The notes under the pieces were generated by a model that saw nothing but the letters and a program-made list of their open reading frames with translations, did no database searches and had not been told where the DNA came from. A stretch of 64,000 bases of DNA, taken from positions 163,442 to 227,441 of the forward strand of contig CAYOCD010000001.1 in assembly GCA_964402425.1 (NCBI GenBank). The letters are read 5' to 3'. The translations under genes and the position numbers were made by a program. Origin of the DNA: an uncultured Gammaproteobacteria bacterium (GTDB taxonomy: Bacteria; Patescibacteriota; Patescibacteriia; UBA9934; GWF2-40-263). Position 1 is the first letter of the stretch. Every line of letters begins with the position of its first letter. Positions 20,653-30,671 of the stretch are shown here, in pieces.

Positions 20653-20737
20653 TGGTGCCGACAGTGGGACTTGAACCCACATGAGTTTCCCCACACGATT
20701 TTGAGTCGTGCGCGTATACCAGTTCCGCCATGTCGGC
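20653..20737 (-). tRNA. tRNA-Leu(CAA)
   Basis: GCCGACATGGCGGAACTGGTATACGCGCACGACTCAAAATCGTG...GGTTCAAGTCCCACTGTCGGCACCA; long variable arm. Confidence 0.93.
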
Positions 20738-20791
20738 CTATTAAGGTAGCGATAAGATATCAAAATCACAAAAAAATGTCCAGCGGCTAAG

Positions 20792-20820
20792 TTGACGCAT
20801 TTATTCAGATCCTGTATAAA
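20792..20820 (+). promoter_or_regulatory. Sigma70 promoter of tRNA-fMet
   Basis: TTGACG-17 bp-TATAAA, 18 bp upstream of the tRNA. Confidence 0.65.
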
Positions 20821-20838
20821 TATCACGCTAGGTTTTAC

Positions 20839-20915
20839 CGCGGGGTAGAGCAGCCTGGCAGCTCGTCGGGCTCATAACCCGAAGGTCATTGGTTCAAATC
20901 CAATCCCCGCAACCA
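20839..20915 (+). tRNA. Initiator tRNA-fMet(CAT)
   Basis: CGCGGGGTAGAGCAGCCTGG...TCGGGCTCATAACCCGA...CCCCGCAACCA; C1-A72 mismatch and three G-C pairs in the anticodon stem. Confidence 0.95.
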
Positions 20916-21018
20916 AAAAATCCATCACAAAATGTGGTGGTTTTTTGTTGGTTTTTCGCCATTTCTGCCTTCTTCGCCCCTTTCCGCTCTTTCCTTTCCG
21001 TGCTATACTTCTTTCATT

Positions 21019-21483
21019 ATGACACTGACCACTCACGCAACTTTAGGTGCTGTTCTTGCCGGAGCGGCCGGAAATCCAGTTCTTGCATTCATTTTCGGAT
21101 TTATCTCCCACTTTATTATTGACATGATTCCGCATGGAGATTCCGGATTAGCAGACAACTTTCGTGTGCACAAGCGCCGACGAAAACAAGCTGTCGCTTA
21201 TGTCGCTGTGGACGCAATCATCGCCATCTTCTTTGTCCTCATGCTTGCAAACACAAGAGACATCATCTCCGTTCGCAACTTTACCTGGGGTATTATTGGT
21301 GGAGTTCTTCCAGATCTCCTTGTTGGTCTTTACGATTTAACAAAATCCCCTCTCCTAAAATGGTTCTTCAAGATGCATTTTTACTTCCATGACTTCTTTA
21401 TAAAACGAAGAGGAGAAGTTCCGCTCTATTACGCGCTCATGGCACAAGTTGTCCTCATTGCATACCTACAAACAAAGCTTTAA
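21019..21483 (+). CDS. Membrane protein, putative metal-dependent hydrolase-like
   Basis: TTH...SHFIIDMIPHGD...LPD...H pattern with TM helices. Confidence 0.6.
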   Translation: MTLTTHATLGAVLAGAAGNPVLAFIFGFISHFIIDMIPHGDSGLADNFRVHKRRRKQAVAYVAVDAIIAIFFVLMLANTRDIISVRNFTWGIIGGVLPDLLVGLYDLTKSPLLKWFFKMHFYFHDFFIKRRGEVPLYYALMAQVVLIAYLQTKL

Positions 21484-21485
21484 CC

Positions 21486-21512
21486 AAAAAAACCGGCATA
21501 GCCGGTTTTTTT
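21486..21512. terminator. Bidirectional terminator
   Basis: aaaaaaccggc-ata-gccggtttttt between convergent genes. Confidence 0.65.
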
Positions 21513-21534
21513 ATTTCCTCCATTTTTCTTTTTT

Positions 21535-22704
21535 TTAAATCTCCCCAACCTTTCCGACGTCTTCAATCATTTTCAATGTTTCTTTTGCGGTTTTCTCCCA
21601 CGAAAACTGCCTTGCTCTATCAAGCCCATCTTGACGCAACATCTTCACCCCTTCCGGAAGAAGAACACATTGTGCCATTGCAAGCGCAAATGATTCTGCA
21701 TCATCGACACACATCACCGCATCTCCCCCAACTTCCACAACAGCATCTGAACGAGACGCAATCACAGGTGTTCCAACAGCCATCGCTTCAAGAACAGGAA
21801 GCCCGAATCCTTCATCAAAGGATGGAAAAACAAATACGGATGCACGCGCAAGAAGTGTCCACTTTTCTTCTTCTGAAACTGTTCCTAAAAACTGAATGAC
21901 TCCTTCTGGCTCCAAATCCAACCAAACACGATTCACTTCTTCCACCAATCGAAACACCTCTTCTGTTCCCCATCCTTTTTTTCCAGCAATGACAAATCGT
22001 ACCGTAGTTGCACATTCCGGATGTTGGCGTAAAAAAAGGTCAAACGCTTCAATCGCGAGCGTGAGATTTTTGCGCGGTTCGATCGTTCCTAATGACAAAA
22101 TAACATCTCGATCGAATGGAAAACGTTTTGATGTCGCATCAAACGAAAATCCTTTTGGAATCTGAACCCCTTCATAAACAACAGCTGTTTTTGCCGCAAC
22201 CGACGGGAACAATCGCACAACACGTTCAGCTGTTGTGCGTGATACAGCAAGCAAACGGTCTGCTCGGCGAATAGAACGTGGCACAATCACACGTGTAGAA
22301 AAGTCTTGATTTGGAAGCGCAGAAAACCATTCTGGATGTTCATAAATAGCAACATCATGAACGGTGATCACAGATCGTTTGAACCAACCAAATGGAAGTT
22401 GGCCAAACGGACTAAAAAATACATCTGCACGACATAAAAGAAAGCGTAATGGCAACAAAACATGTCGTGAAAAAAATGGTACGTCTGAAATCCATGGTCG
22501 CATCACAACAACCTTGCTTTGTGCCCCCTCAATCAACATACGTAAACGATCAGGAGAAAGCACTTTTGGAGGACATAAAAAAAAGGTATGATCTGTTTTT
22601 TGTTTTACCAAATGCGAAACAACTTCCCACGAATAATGTTCAATCCCCGCCCCCACACCCCCTGATTCATCACAAAGCGTCTCTCCGTCAATAACAATAC
22701 GCAT
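21535..22704 (-). CDS. Glycosyltransferase family 4
   Basis: TVHD, GTIEPRKN, EGFGLPVLEAMAVG, FSWEKTA. Confidence 0.92.
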   Translation of the reverse strand: MRIVIDGETLCDESGGVGAGIEHYSWEVVSHLVKQKTDHTFFLCPPKVLSPDRLRMLIEGAQSKVVVMRPWISDVPFFSRHVLLPLRFLLCRADVFFSPFGQLPFGWFKRSVITVHDVAIYEHPEWFSALPNQDFSTRVIVPRSIRRADRLLAVSRTTAERVVRLFPSVAAKTAVVYEGVQIPKGFSFDATSKRFPFDRDVILSLGTIEPRKNLTLAIEAFDLFLRQHPECATTVRFVIAGKKGWGTEEVFRLVEEVNRVWLDLEPEGVIQFLGTVSEEEKWTLLARASVFVFPSFDEGFGLPVLEAMAVGTPVIASRSDAVVEVGGDAVMCVDDAESFALAMAQCVLLPEGVKMLRQDGLDRARQFSWEKTAKETLKMIEDVGKVGEI

Positions 22705-22705
22705 A

Positions 22706-23197
22706 CTAAAATAAGTTTATGGAAGCTTCTGTAAGCGAAAGAACGATGAGACCAGATGCAAGCATTCCAAGAATAATGGATGGAATGGCAAATCGTGGAT
22801 TTAAACGAAATAAAATAGCAAGAATGCACGCAGTCCACACACCCGTTCCTGGATAAGGAATAGCAACAAAAATAAAAAGAGAGAATGAACCGAAGCGATT
22901 AAGTGTTTTGCTGTGTTTTTCTGAAAGTCGAAAAAAATACCGTTCAAAAATCTCATGCATCTTTGGTGAATAAATCGAAAGAGCTGTAATGAATTTTGGT
23001 AAATATAAAAAAAGCAACACGAGTGGAATCAGATTTCCAATCGCAGACCACATGTAGGCCGAAAATGCGGAGAGATGAAAAATCCCGATTCCAACAGGTA
23101 TCGCCGCACGCAACTCAACAACAGGCATGGCTGCCAAAAGGACAATGGCCATTTCATTGGGTACGAAGCGGATCAAGTTGAGGATTTCTTGGGTCAT
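22706..23197 (-). CDS. Putative small multidrug export family membrane protein
   Basis: PVVELRAAIP, FVAIPYPGTGVWT. Confidence 0.75.
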   Translation of the reverse strand: MTQEILNLIRFVPNEMAIVLLAAMPVVELRAAIPVGIGIFHLSAFSAYMWSAIGNLIPLVLLFLYLPKFITALSIYSPKMHEIFERYFFRLSEKHSKTLNRFGSFSLFIFVAIPYPGTGVWTACILAILFRLNPRFAIPSIILGMLASGLIVLSLTEASINLF

Positions 23198-24167
23198 ACG
23201 TGAGTTGTCCATTCCATTTAAATGTTTGATAAGACCAAACCGCAAGCGACTTAATATCCTGAAAACGGTCCTCATTGGTTTCTGAGCCCAGAACAACAAC
23301 GATAATATCCCCTGCCCCTTCATGATTCAAAACCGTTCCAAGGCAATAACCGGCTTCCGGCAAAAAACCCGTCTTCCCCGCAATGATACGATAGGGCGGC
23401 TGATTGATGAAACTCAAAAGAAGCTGATCGGTACTTTTAAGGTCGTAGGTCTTTCCGGAAGCGGTTGTAATCGTGAATTGATCGTGTGCTGTTGCATCAC
23501 GAATGATTTCATTTTGAGCGACAACATCAAGCAACTTTACCAAATCAGAAACAATCGATTCGTTCCGTGGCGACAATCCTGTCGGATCTGCAAAATGCGT
23601 ATGTTCCATTCCCATTGAAACAGCTGTCTTGTTCATTTTTGTAACAAAATCCTGAATACTCATTCCAGACAATCGAGCAAGCGCAGCTGTGGCAGAATTA
23701 TCTGAACTGATTAGACTTGCGTACAAAACATCTTTCACTGTTGCATCATCACCAAACCCAATATGCTGCACTCCTCCCGCACGAAAATCCTCCGCTTGAA
23801 GTTTTGCGGGAGCCCCAAGATCTGGATTTGTGCTCAAAAAAACAAATGCGGTCATGAGTTTTGTGATTGATCCTATTGAACGCGGGGTATCAATATTTTT
23901 TTGAAACAAAATCTGTTTTGTTTTTCGATCAACCACAATCGCACTTTCTGCCGATGTCACAACACCAAGACTATTTGGACGAATCTTTGTTGGGGCTGCA
24001 TTTGTCGATGGTGACAAATGTGCGTTTGGTAAAGTAAAAAAATTATACAATGAGGGCGCTTGTTTCTTTGATTGCGTTGCAAGACGTTCAATATCACTTA
24101 CATCAACCGGAAACACTTGCAGCAAAGTAGATGCGAGAATGATTTGCGTTAAAAATTGTAAGATCAT
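23154..24167 (-). CDS. D-alanyl-D-alanine carboxypeptidase/endopeptidase (peptidase S11)
   Basis: SITK (SxxK), SDN (SxN), KTG. Confidence 0.9.
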   Translation of the reverse strand: MILQFLTQIILASTLLQVFPVDVSDIERLATQSKKQAPSLYNFFTLPNAHLSPSTNAAPTKIRPNSLGVVTSAESAIVVDRKTKQILFQKNIDTPRSIGSITKLMTAFVFLSTNPDLGAPAKLQAEDFRAGGVQHIGFGDDATVKDVLYASLISSDNSATAALARLSGMSIQDFVTKMNKTAVSMGMEHTHFADPTGLSPRNESIVSDLVKLLDVVAQNEIIRDATAHDQFTITTASGKTYDLKSTDQLLLSFINQPPYRIIAGKTGFLPEAGYCLGTVLNHEGAGDIIVVVLGSETNEDRFQDIKSLAVWSYQTFKWNGQLTYDPRNPQLDPLRTQ

Positions 24168-24715
24168 ACAACTGTTTCGTCCGGAGTGGTTTTCAAGAGT
24201 TCATCAATAGATTCATTGGTGTGAAATGATTCGTATTCTGGTAATTCCTCAAGATGCGTGAGGCCAAGTTTGCGCATGAAATCAATGGAAACTGAATAGA
24301 CAGGCTGTAAGCGTGTACGGTCCTGTGTTTCCTCAATAAATCCGCGAATAAGCAAGTTGCGCAAAATCACTCCGCAGTTTACCCCGCGAATTTGTTCGAG
24401 CTCTGGGCGAGTAACTGGTCCGCGATATGCAATAACCGTTAACGTCTCAAGCGATGGTTTTGTAAGCGGCGAAGTTGCATCCTTCTTTAAAAAACTTGCG
24501 ACATCCTCAGACGCATCCGGGTTTGTGACAAACTGAACTTTCCCTTCTTGTTCAAGCAAGTGGATTCCAGAAGTCTCACGATTATAACGTGTGCGAATAT
24601 CTTCAATCGCTTCCAAAGCAACCTCCGACGAAACATCAAAATATTTTCGAAGTTGCTCGATGGCGATTGGTTTTGCCGCAGCAAAGAGAATGGATTCAAT
24701 GTTGGTTGTAAGCAT
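24164..24715 (-). CDS. scpB: SMC-Scp complex subunit ScpB
   Basis: IESILF, LETLTVIAYRGPVTRPELEQIRGV. Confidence 0.93.
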   Translation of the reverse strand: MLTTNIESILFAAAKPIAIEQLRKYFDVSSEVALEAIEDIRTRYNRETSGIHLLEQEGKVQFVTNPDASEDVASFLKKDATSPLTKPSLETLTVIAYRGPVTRPELEQIRGVNCGVILRNLLIRGFIEETQDRTRLQPVYSVSIDFMRKLGLTHLEELPEYESFHTNESIDELLKTTPDETVV

Positions 24716-24717
24716 AT

Positions 24718-25410
24718 TTAATCAATTCTCTTAATCTCAATATCTTCAAACGAATCTCCTTGCACCACATGCACAACGCGTTGTTTCACGAGCTCGAGCA
24801 GGGCAAGAAAACTAATCACTGTTTCTACTTTTGATTTTCCTGTTCCAACAATATCCCGAAACGTGAATCGGGCGCGCTGCATAATTGCGTCGCGAATTTC
24901 ATCAAAACGTTCCTTTACAGATACAACACGCTCAAGGGCAACTTGTTTCAAGTTAAAAAATGGTTCGAGGTTCTTTAGAAGTTTTGCGAATGATTCACGC
25001 ATTGTCTCAATCGCAAGCCCTTCTGGAATGACAAGTTCAAGAACCTTGATGGTCTCCGGCTTCTCACGCGGAAATAATTCAATCTTTGCATTGAATTGCT
25101 TCTCAAGGTGCGCCGAAAGCTCCACAAACTGTTTATACATTTTAAGTTGCGCCGCAAGGTCTGACGTATCTTCTTCTTCCACAACCGGATCCGGAAGGAG
25201 TAATCGTGATTTTATGAGAAGGAGTCGTGTTGCGACAATCAAGAAGTCTGCAAGCTCATCTGGTGGCGGTTCATTTTTCTCAATATGCGCAAGATAGGAC
25301 TCGGTCACATGTGCAAGCGAAACTTCCGAAATCGAAAGAGACTCGGCTTCGATGAGTTCGAGCAAAAGTTCAAGCGGCCCCGTAAATTGTTCCGATTCAA
25401 TCTCAAACAT
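24718..25410 (-). CDS. scpA: Segregation/condensation protein ScpA
   Basis: FTGPLELLLELI, LLLIKSRLLLP, FLALLELVK. Confidence 0.93.
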   Translation of the reverse strand: MFEIESEQFTGPLELLLELIEAESLSISEVSLAHVTESYLAHIEKNEPPPDELADFLIVATRLLLIKSRLLLPDPVVEEEDTSDLAAQLKMYKQFVELSAHLEKQFNAKIELFPREKPETIKVLELVIPEGLAIETMRESFAKLLKNLEPFFNLKQVALERVVSVKERFDEIRDAIMQRARFTFRDIVGTGKSKVETVISFLALLELVKQRVVHVVQGDSFEDIEIKRID

Positions 25411-25418
25411 GTCTTTTG

Positions 25419-25446
25419 TGTCATCCTGAGCAAAGCGAAGGATCTC
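25419..25446. repeat. Half copy of the GTCAT...GCGAAG..ATCT palindromic repeat family
   Basis: tgtcatcctgagcaaagcgaaggatctc; related to 56199-56268 and weakly to 13867-13895. Confidence 0.5.
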
Positions 25447-25565
25447 TCCCTGCAAATTATGTGTGTATTTTACCTGATCGAGAGACAACACGCAAAACAA
25501 AAAACCCGAGTTTTCCCCAGGTTTTTTCGCTCTTTCCTCCCTTTATCCTTTCTACTCTCTTCTTT

Positions 25566-26963
25566 TTACTTCAACTGAATATGCACATCATCGAGTGCAC
25601 GCTTTGGCATCTCGCTTGGAGCGCCCATCATAACGTCTCGAGCGTCTCCCGTCTTTGGAATCGCGATGACTTCACGGATGTTTGGCTCGTTTGCAAGGAT
25701 CATGATCAATCGATCAAGTCCTGGTGCAATTCCTCCATGTGGAGGCGCGCCAAAGGAGAATGCTTCGAGCATGTGACCAAATTGTTCGTTGATCTGTTCA
25801 TCCGTAAAGCCCATCACTTCGAAGACTTTGCGAAGCGCGTCCGGTTTATGGTTACGAATACTTCCTCCACCCGCTTCATATCCATTGAGAACGATATCGT
25901 ATTGCGTGGTCAAAATATCGCCGATATTCTTTTTCTCCATCAGCATTTCCATGTGTTCCGGCTTTGGAGATGAGAATGGGTTGTGTGTAAAGGTCCATCC
26001 TCCTTCTTCCGTCTTTTCAAAGAATGGGAAATCGATCACCCATCCGAACGCAAGAAGGTTTGGATCGTCTTTGTCTTCTCGAAGGTCAGGCTTGTCGGAA
26101 CCATATTTTTCCATTGCTTCTGCGTACGACAATCGCGGAAATGGAATTTGTTGAATGCGTTTTTCTGGCGCGCAGACTTTTACCATTTCAATCATCATCG
26201 CTTCGACCAACCGCATCACATCCTCACGATCAACAAACGACATTTCCATGTCGAGTTGTGTGAACTCTGGCTGACGATCTCCGCGTTGATCCTCGTCTCG
26301 GAAACAACGTGCAACTTGAAAATAACGCTCAACACCGCCAACCATCAAAAGCTGTTTGAACTGTTGCGGAGATTGTGGAAGCACATACATTTTTCCTGGG
26401 TGGACACGAGATGGAACAAGAAATTCACGTGCGCCTTCTGGCGTTCCTTTCGTAAGAATCGGCGTCTCAACTTCGACGAAGCGTTGCTCGTGAAGAAACT
26501 TGCGAAAGAATGTTTCGACGTTGTCTCGAAGTACTAAATTGCGATGCATGCGCTCAGATCTAAGATCAAGATAACGATACTTCAAACGAAGCTCTTCGTT
26601 AATGACGCGTGTATCGGAATCAATCTGGAACGGAAGTGTCTCTGATGTATTCAATACGGTAACCGACTTGATGCCGATCTCGATCGTGCCGGTGATCATC
26701 TCAGGATTAATCTGCTTTGCTCCACGTGCCTTAACCTCGCCCTCAATTTCGAGAACATATTCTGGTTTCAAACTATCGACAATGGCCGCGGTTGCTTCAT
26801 CGAGGTCTGGCTTATAGGCCACAACCTGAACGAGTCCGGACGCATCTCGCAAATCGATAAACACAAGCTTATCCCCCATTTTTCGGAGCGTATTGACCCA
26901 TCCGTTCACACGAACGGTTTGGCCGATGGATTGAGGAGTGTCTGAAATAAATGTTCTTTTCAT
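25566..26963 (-). CDS. aspS: Aspartate--tRNA ligase (bacterial type, no GAD insertion)
   Basis: RLKYRYLDLR, TPEGAREF, LPQSPQQFKQ, RQPEFTQLD, PPHGGIAPGLDR. Confidence 0.95.
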   Translation of the reverse strand: MKRTFISDTPQSIGQTVRVNGWVNTLRKMGDKLVFIDLRDASGLVQVVAYKPDLDEATAAIVDSLKPEYVLEIEGEVKARGAKQINPEMITGTIEIGIKSVTVLNTSETLPFQIDSDTRVINEELRLKYRYLDLRSERMHRNLVLRDNVETFFRKFLHEQRFVEVETPILTKGTPEGAREFLVPSRVHPGKMYVLPQSPQQFKQLLMVGGVERYFQVARCFRDEDQRGDRQPEFTQLDMEMSFVDREDVMRLVEAMMIEMVKVCAPEKRIQQIPFPRLSYAEAMEKYGSDKPDLREDKDDPNLLAFGWVIDFPFFEKTEEGGWTFTHNPFSSPKPEHMEMLMEKKNIGDILTTQYDIVLNGYEAGGGSIRNHKPDALRKVFEVMGFTDEQINEQFGHMLEAFSFGAPPHGGIAPGLDRLIMILANEPNIREVIAIPKTGDARDVMMGAPSEMPKRALDDVHIQLK

Positions 26964-27206
26964 AAAAAAATCCAGCTCTTTGGCTGGTTTCATTGGCGTT
27001 TTTCGCGGCAACAAAGAGACCAGCTTGATTAGCTGTTATCATCGTTATTATTTGCAAGAGAAACGCAGTGCATAAGTGCAAGTATTGTTGCAAAGGGGGG
27101 AAAGATTGTCAAACAAAAGAACATCGAATTGTTGACAAAACAGCATAACCACCTTAAGGTTGGGCCGTCGATAACGACAAATCTACTTCCGAAAAGAGGC
27201 AAAAAA

Positions 27207-28337
27207 ATGAATTGGAAATGGTGGACAAGTTCTCCTGCGGTACCTGCTGAAAAGCATCGAGACGCGCCACGAGAAAAAAAGCCGAAAAAAAGTACGTCGG
27301 TTTCGCTCGGGATTGCCTTTGATGATTTTCAAAACCTTTATGAACAATCCGTGTTGTGGGCCTTTAAAAAAGGCCAACCAATGGATCGCGACTCCCCAAT
27401 GGCGAGATGGAATTATCGAGAAGGTCCTGTTGTAGATCTTGAAAACACAGACGCTTTGAGACGAGGGTATTATCACCCTAATGGTGATCTCGATCAGATG
27501 CGTCAAATTGCCAGAGCGGATGTCATGAAAAACATCCCTGTTGATCTTCTCCTTGAATTTTTGAAAACCAAGGAAAGCAAAGATCTTCCGAACACACTCT
27601 ATGGTTTGTGCAAAGAAGCGATTGAATGGGCACGTCAACAAGATCTTATCAAGAAAGAACACTACAACCGAACAATGGACGATCAGCAAATCAAATCTCT
27701 CATCGAGACACATCAGGTTTCCTACTCTGTCATCTTGCACTACATCAAGAGCAGAATTGATGAAGAAGCCGATCGATTCCTTGGTTTCAACTCTGAACTT
27801 GAGATCATGATCAGTAAATACAAAAAAGGGCTATGGGAAGCTCAAGATCTTCTTACATCTGTTAAGAAAGATCTTCGAAATCCAACAGCTGCACGGCAGT
27901 TTCCTTACCTTCTTCGCGAACAACAGCAACTCGAAGAAACAATTTCCCGATACAACACAACAATCATCGCCCTTGAACATCACAAAAGATCACTCAGAAC
28001 ATTCTTTGAACTCTGTCGGAAAAAAATACAGATCTTAGAAGAACCTCTTGTACACGCACAACGCAGCCGTCGAATCGCGCGCGTTGTCGAAGAAGCAAAA
28101 CAAGGTGAGCTCGAAGCTCAACAGCTCATTTTGTCCACTCTGACCGATTTGTCCGGACGTCTCTGTTTGTTTCACGAAGAAATGATCGATCTCCTCACAA
28201 ATGTTGGCACAACCGTTGCCCCCATAATCAATAGTGCCGAGGAAAATCCACATGAAATTGTTCGAACCCTTGACTCTGTCGTCGAACGTTTCATGAGCGA
28301 ACTCACTCATGCACTCCCCACTTCTCCAGCCCCATAA
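27207..28337 (+). CDS. Hypothetical coiled-coil protein
   Basis: Long helical ORF; TTGACA-17 bp-TAAGGT promoter starting at 27132 and GAGG SD. Confidence 0.65.
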   Translation: MNWKWWTSSPAVPAEKHRDAPREKKPKKSTSVSLGIAFDDFQNLYEQSVLWAFKKGQPMDRDSPMARWNYREGPVVDLENTDALRRGYYHPNGDLDQMRQIARADVMKNIPVDLLLEFLKTKESKDLPNTLYGLCKEAIEWARQQDLIKKEHYNRTMDDQQIKSLIETHQVSYSVILHYIKSRIDEEADRFLGFNSELEIMISKYKKGLWEAQDLLTSVKKDLRNPTAARQFPYLLREQQQLEETISRYNTTIIALEHHKRSLRTFFELCRKKIQILEEPLVHAQRSRRIARVVEEAKQGELEAQQLILSTLTDLSGRLCLFHEEMIDLLTNVGTTVAPIINSAEENPHEIVRTLDSVVERFMSELTHALPTSPAP

Positions 28338-28429
28338 CACAAACATCCAAATGGATGTTTTTTTAATACAACCACGGCTTTACAGAAAACAAACAAAAAA
28401 CCCATTCAATAGAATGAGTCAGATAACGA

Positions 28430-29251
28430 CTACCAGGTCTCCCGATGCTTCTTTCCATCAAGCAAATTGTCATGCGATCTTGTTTGGTGAGTTGTATTAG
28501 AACTTCCACCCGTTGATTCGCTGTAGTGATCACCAAAGATCCCTTCTCGATCTCGAGATATGGACTTCACTCCACCATCAGTACCGCGCGTCTCTCGATA
28601 GTGACCGCCGATGATGCCCTCACGATCACGTGTGCGCCCAATCACCTGTCCGGAAGCAGATCGATGCTCACGGTAATTGTCACCAGGTAAACCCTCTGCA
28701 TCGCGCGACTCGCTAATAAACTGACCTCGGCTGTTGTATGTTCGCCAAACAACATTACTGAGAAAATCCGTCTCTCTTACTGTCTTAAAGGGCTTGAACT
28801 TAAAGAGTTCTCTACAATCTTTGCACCGATTGGGCGGGTCCCATCCCTGCTTTACACAGTTGATGAGCGTGCCTGTTGGAATCGTAAATGTGCTCCCGCA
28901 ATGCGAGCACGACTTATACTGAGGCGGATGATTTTGCTTACATGTTTTGCAAAACACAGGAGGATGATCCCAGTCACGATTCGCATGAATCGTTCCACCA
29001 CATCCTTCACAAGGCTTATCATACCACTTGGCTTTCTGTGTTTCTTTGCAACCCGCACAATAGCGAGGAGGATTACTCCACTCTCGGTGAACACGTATGG
29101 CCGCACGACAAGACTCACACGGCTTTTCGTACCACATGCTTTGTCGCGTTTCCTTGCAAGATTTACAAATCGACGGAGGATTTGTCCAATCTTCATGAAC
29201 GCGTATTTCGCCTCCACAGTCTCCACAGGAAACGGTGTACCAACCGGCCAT
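28430..29251 (-). CDS. Zinc-ribbon repeat protein (4 x CxxC...CxxC) with C-terminal ~25-aa repeats
   Basis: Repeats visible in the translation; GGAGGAG SD before ATG 29251. Confidence 0.75.
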   Translation of the reverse strand: MAGWYTVSCGDCGGEIRVHEDWTNPPSICKSCKETRQSMWYEKPCESCRAAIRVHREWSNPPRYCAGCKETQKAKWYDKPCEGCGGTIHANRDWDHPPVFCKTCKQNHPPQYKSCSHCGSTFTIPTGTLINCVKQGWDPPNRCKDCRELFKFKPFKTVRETDFLSNVVWRTYNSRGQFISESRDAEGLPGDNYREHRSASGQVIGRTRDREGIIGGHYRETRGTDGGVKSISRDREGIFGDHYSESTGGSSNTTHQTRSHDNLLDGKKHRETW

Positions 29252-29372
29252 GACTCCTCCCAAGAAACGCCTTTTTGGGACATTTCTCTAAAACTCTTAA
29301 CATCAAAACGCATTTTCGTCAATCATAAAACCAAAGGCATTTGAAACCTTTGGTTTTATGTCTATTTTCTCT

Positions 29373-30671
29373 TTATGGAGTCAATCGATTGATCAATCGT
29401 GGAAATGGAATGGTTTCGCGAATGTGTTGAAGTCCGCACATCCAGGCTGTAATGCGTTCGAGTCCATAGCCGAAACCAGAGTGAGGAACGGATCCGTATT
29501 TACGCAGATCGAGATACCACTGAAATGGTTCAATCGCGAGATTGTGTTCACGCATTCTCTCGAGAAGCGTTTCGTAATCATCCTCACGTTGTGAACCTCC
29601 GATAATTTCGCCGTACCCTTCTGGTGCGAGCATGTCGTTGTTCAAAACGAATTCTGGATTTGCAGGATCGCGCTTCATGTAAAACGCTTTCACAGCCGCA
29701 GGATATTTTTCAATAAAGATCGGGCGATCAAATTGTTGTGTAAGAATTGTCTCATCGTCCGCACCCAAGTCATCCATATCTCCAATGTCGCTCCCGAGCT
29801 CGCGCAACTTCGCGATCGCTTCTTGGTGCGTCATGTGAACGAACGGCGCTTGGATTGCTTCGAGAGGTTTTGTGTCACGCTCAAGAACTTTAAGTTCGTG
29901 CTGACAGTTTGCAAGAACATCATGAACAATGCGGCAAATGAGTCCTTCCTGAATTTGCATGTTGCCTTGATGCTCAACAAAGGCAGCCTCTGCATCCATC
30001 ATCCAGAATTCTGTGAGGTGACGGCGTGTCTTTGATTTTTCTGCGCGGAACACTGGCCCAAAGTCGAATGCACGACCAAGGGACATGATTCCCGCCTCAA
30101 GATAAAGCTGACCAGATTGGGAGAGATACGCTTTGCCCATGTCGAAATATTCCATTTCGAAAAGCTCTGTTGTTCCCTCGCAAGAGGTTGGTGTAAGAAT
30201 TGGTGTATCAAATTTTACAAAATCATTTTCAGCAAAGTATGCGTACGTAGAGTTGATGATTTGGTTTCGAACGCGTTGAATCGCCCACTGTTTATCGGAA
30301 CGAAGCCACAAATGACGTTCGTCAAGCAAGAAGTCTGGACCATGATCTTTTTTTCCAATCGGAAATTCATCGGTCGCAAGCGCAACAATCTCAAGTCCAA
30401 GTCCATCAAGTTCAAATCCACTTGGTGCACGTGTATCTTCTTTTACACGACCAAGAACGCGAACAGAAGATTCGAGACGCAATGACTCGAGTGCTGTCCA
30501 CGTTTCTTCCGATACATCCGCTTTTGAATACACAATCTGTACACGAGCGGATCCATCACGCAACTGCAAAAAGAAAATTTTTCCGCTGGAACGAAAGTTG
30601 TATGCCCAACCTTGCAGTTGAACTTCTTGACCAACGTATTGGCCGATCGATTTGATGAGAGTTGAGATCAT
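29373..30671 (-). CDS. asnS: Asparagine--tRNA ligase
   Basis: CEGTTELF, YLSQSGQLYLE, FRAEKSKTRRHLTEFWM, GEIIGGSQRE, PHSGFGYGLER. Confidence 0.95.
   Translation of the reverse strand: MISTLIKSIGQYVGQEVQLQGWAYNFRSSGKIFFLQLRDGSARVQIVYSKADVSEETWTALESLRLESSVRVLGRVKEDTRAPSGFELDGLGLEIVALATDEFPIGKKDHGPDFLLDERHLWLRSDKQWAIQRVRNQIINSTYAYFAENDFVKFDTPILTPTSCEGTTELFEMEYFDMGKAYLSQSGQLYLEAGIMSLGRAFDFGPVFRAEKSKTRRHLTEFWMMDAEAAFVEHQGNMQIQEGLICRIVHDVLANCQHELKVLERDTKPLEAIQAPFVHMTHQEAIAKLRELGSDIGDMDDLGADDETILTQQFDRPIFIEKYPAAVKAFYMKRDPANPEFVLNNDMLAPEGYGEIIGGSQREDDYETLLERMREHNLAIEPFQWYLDLRKYGSVPHSGFGYGLERITAWMCGLQHIRETIPFPRLINRLTP

Noticed and set aside
18923-20915. Prophage or integrative element at the tRNA cluster
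   Set aside because: No integrase, phage genes or duplicated tRNA 3' end found.
25566-26963. Truncated or pseudogenised aspS
   Set aside because: All class II motifs are intact; the short length reflects absence of the GAD insertion.
26964-27060. T-box leader upstream of aspS
   Set aside because: A hairpin is present but there is no T-box UGGNACC sequence and the region is too short.
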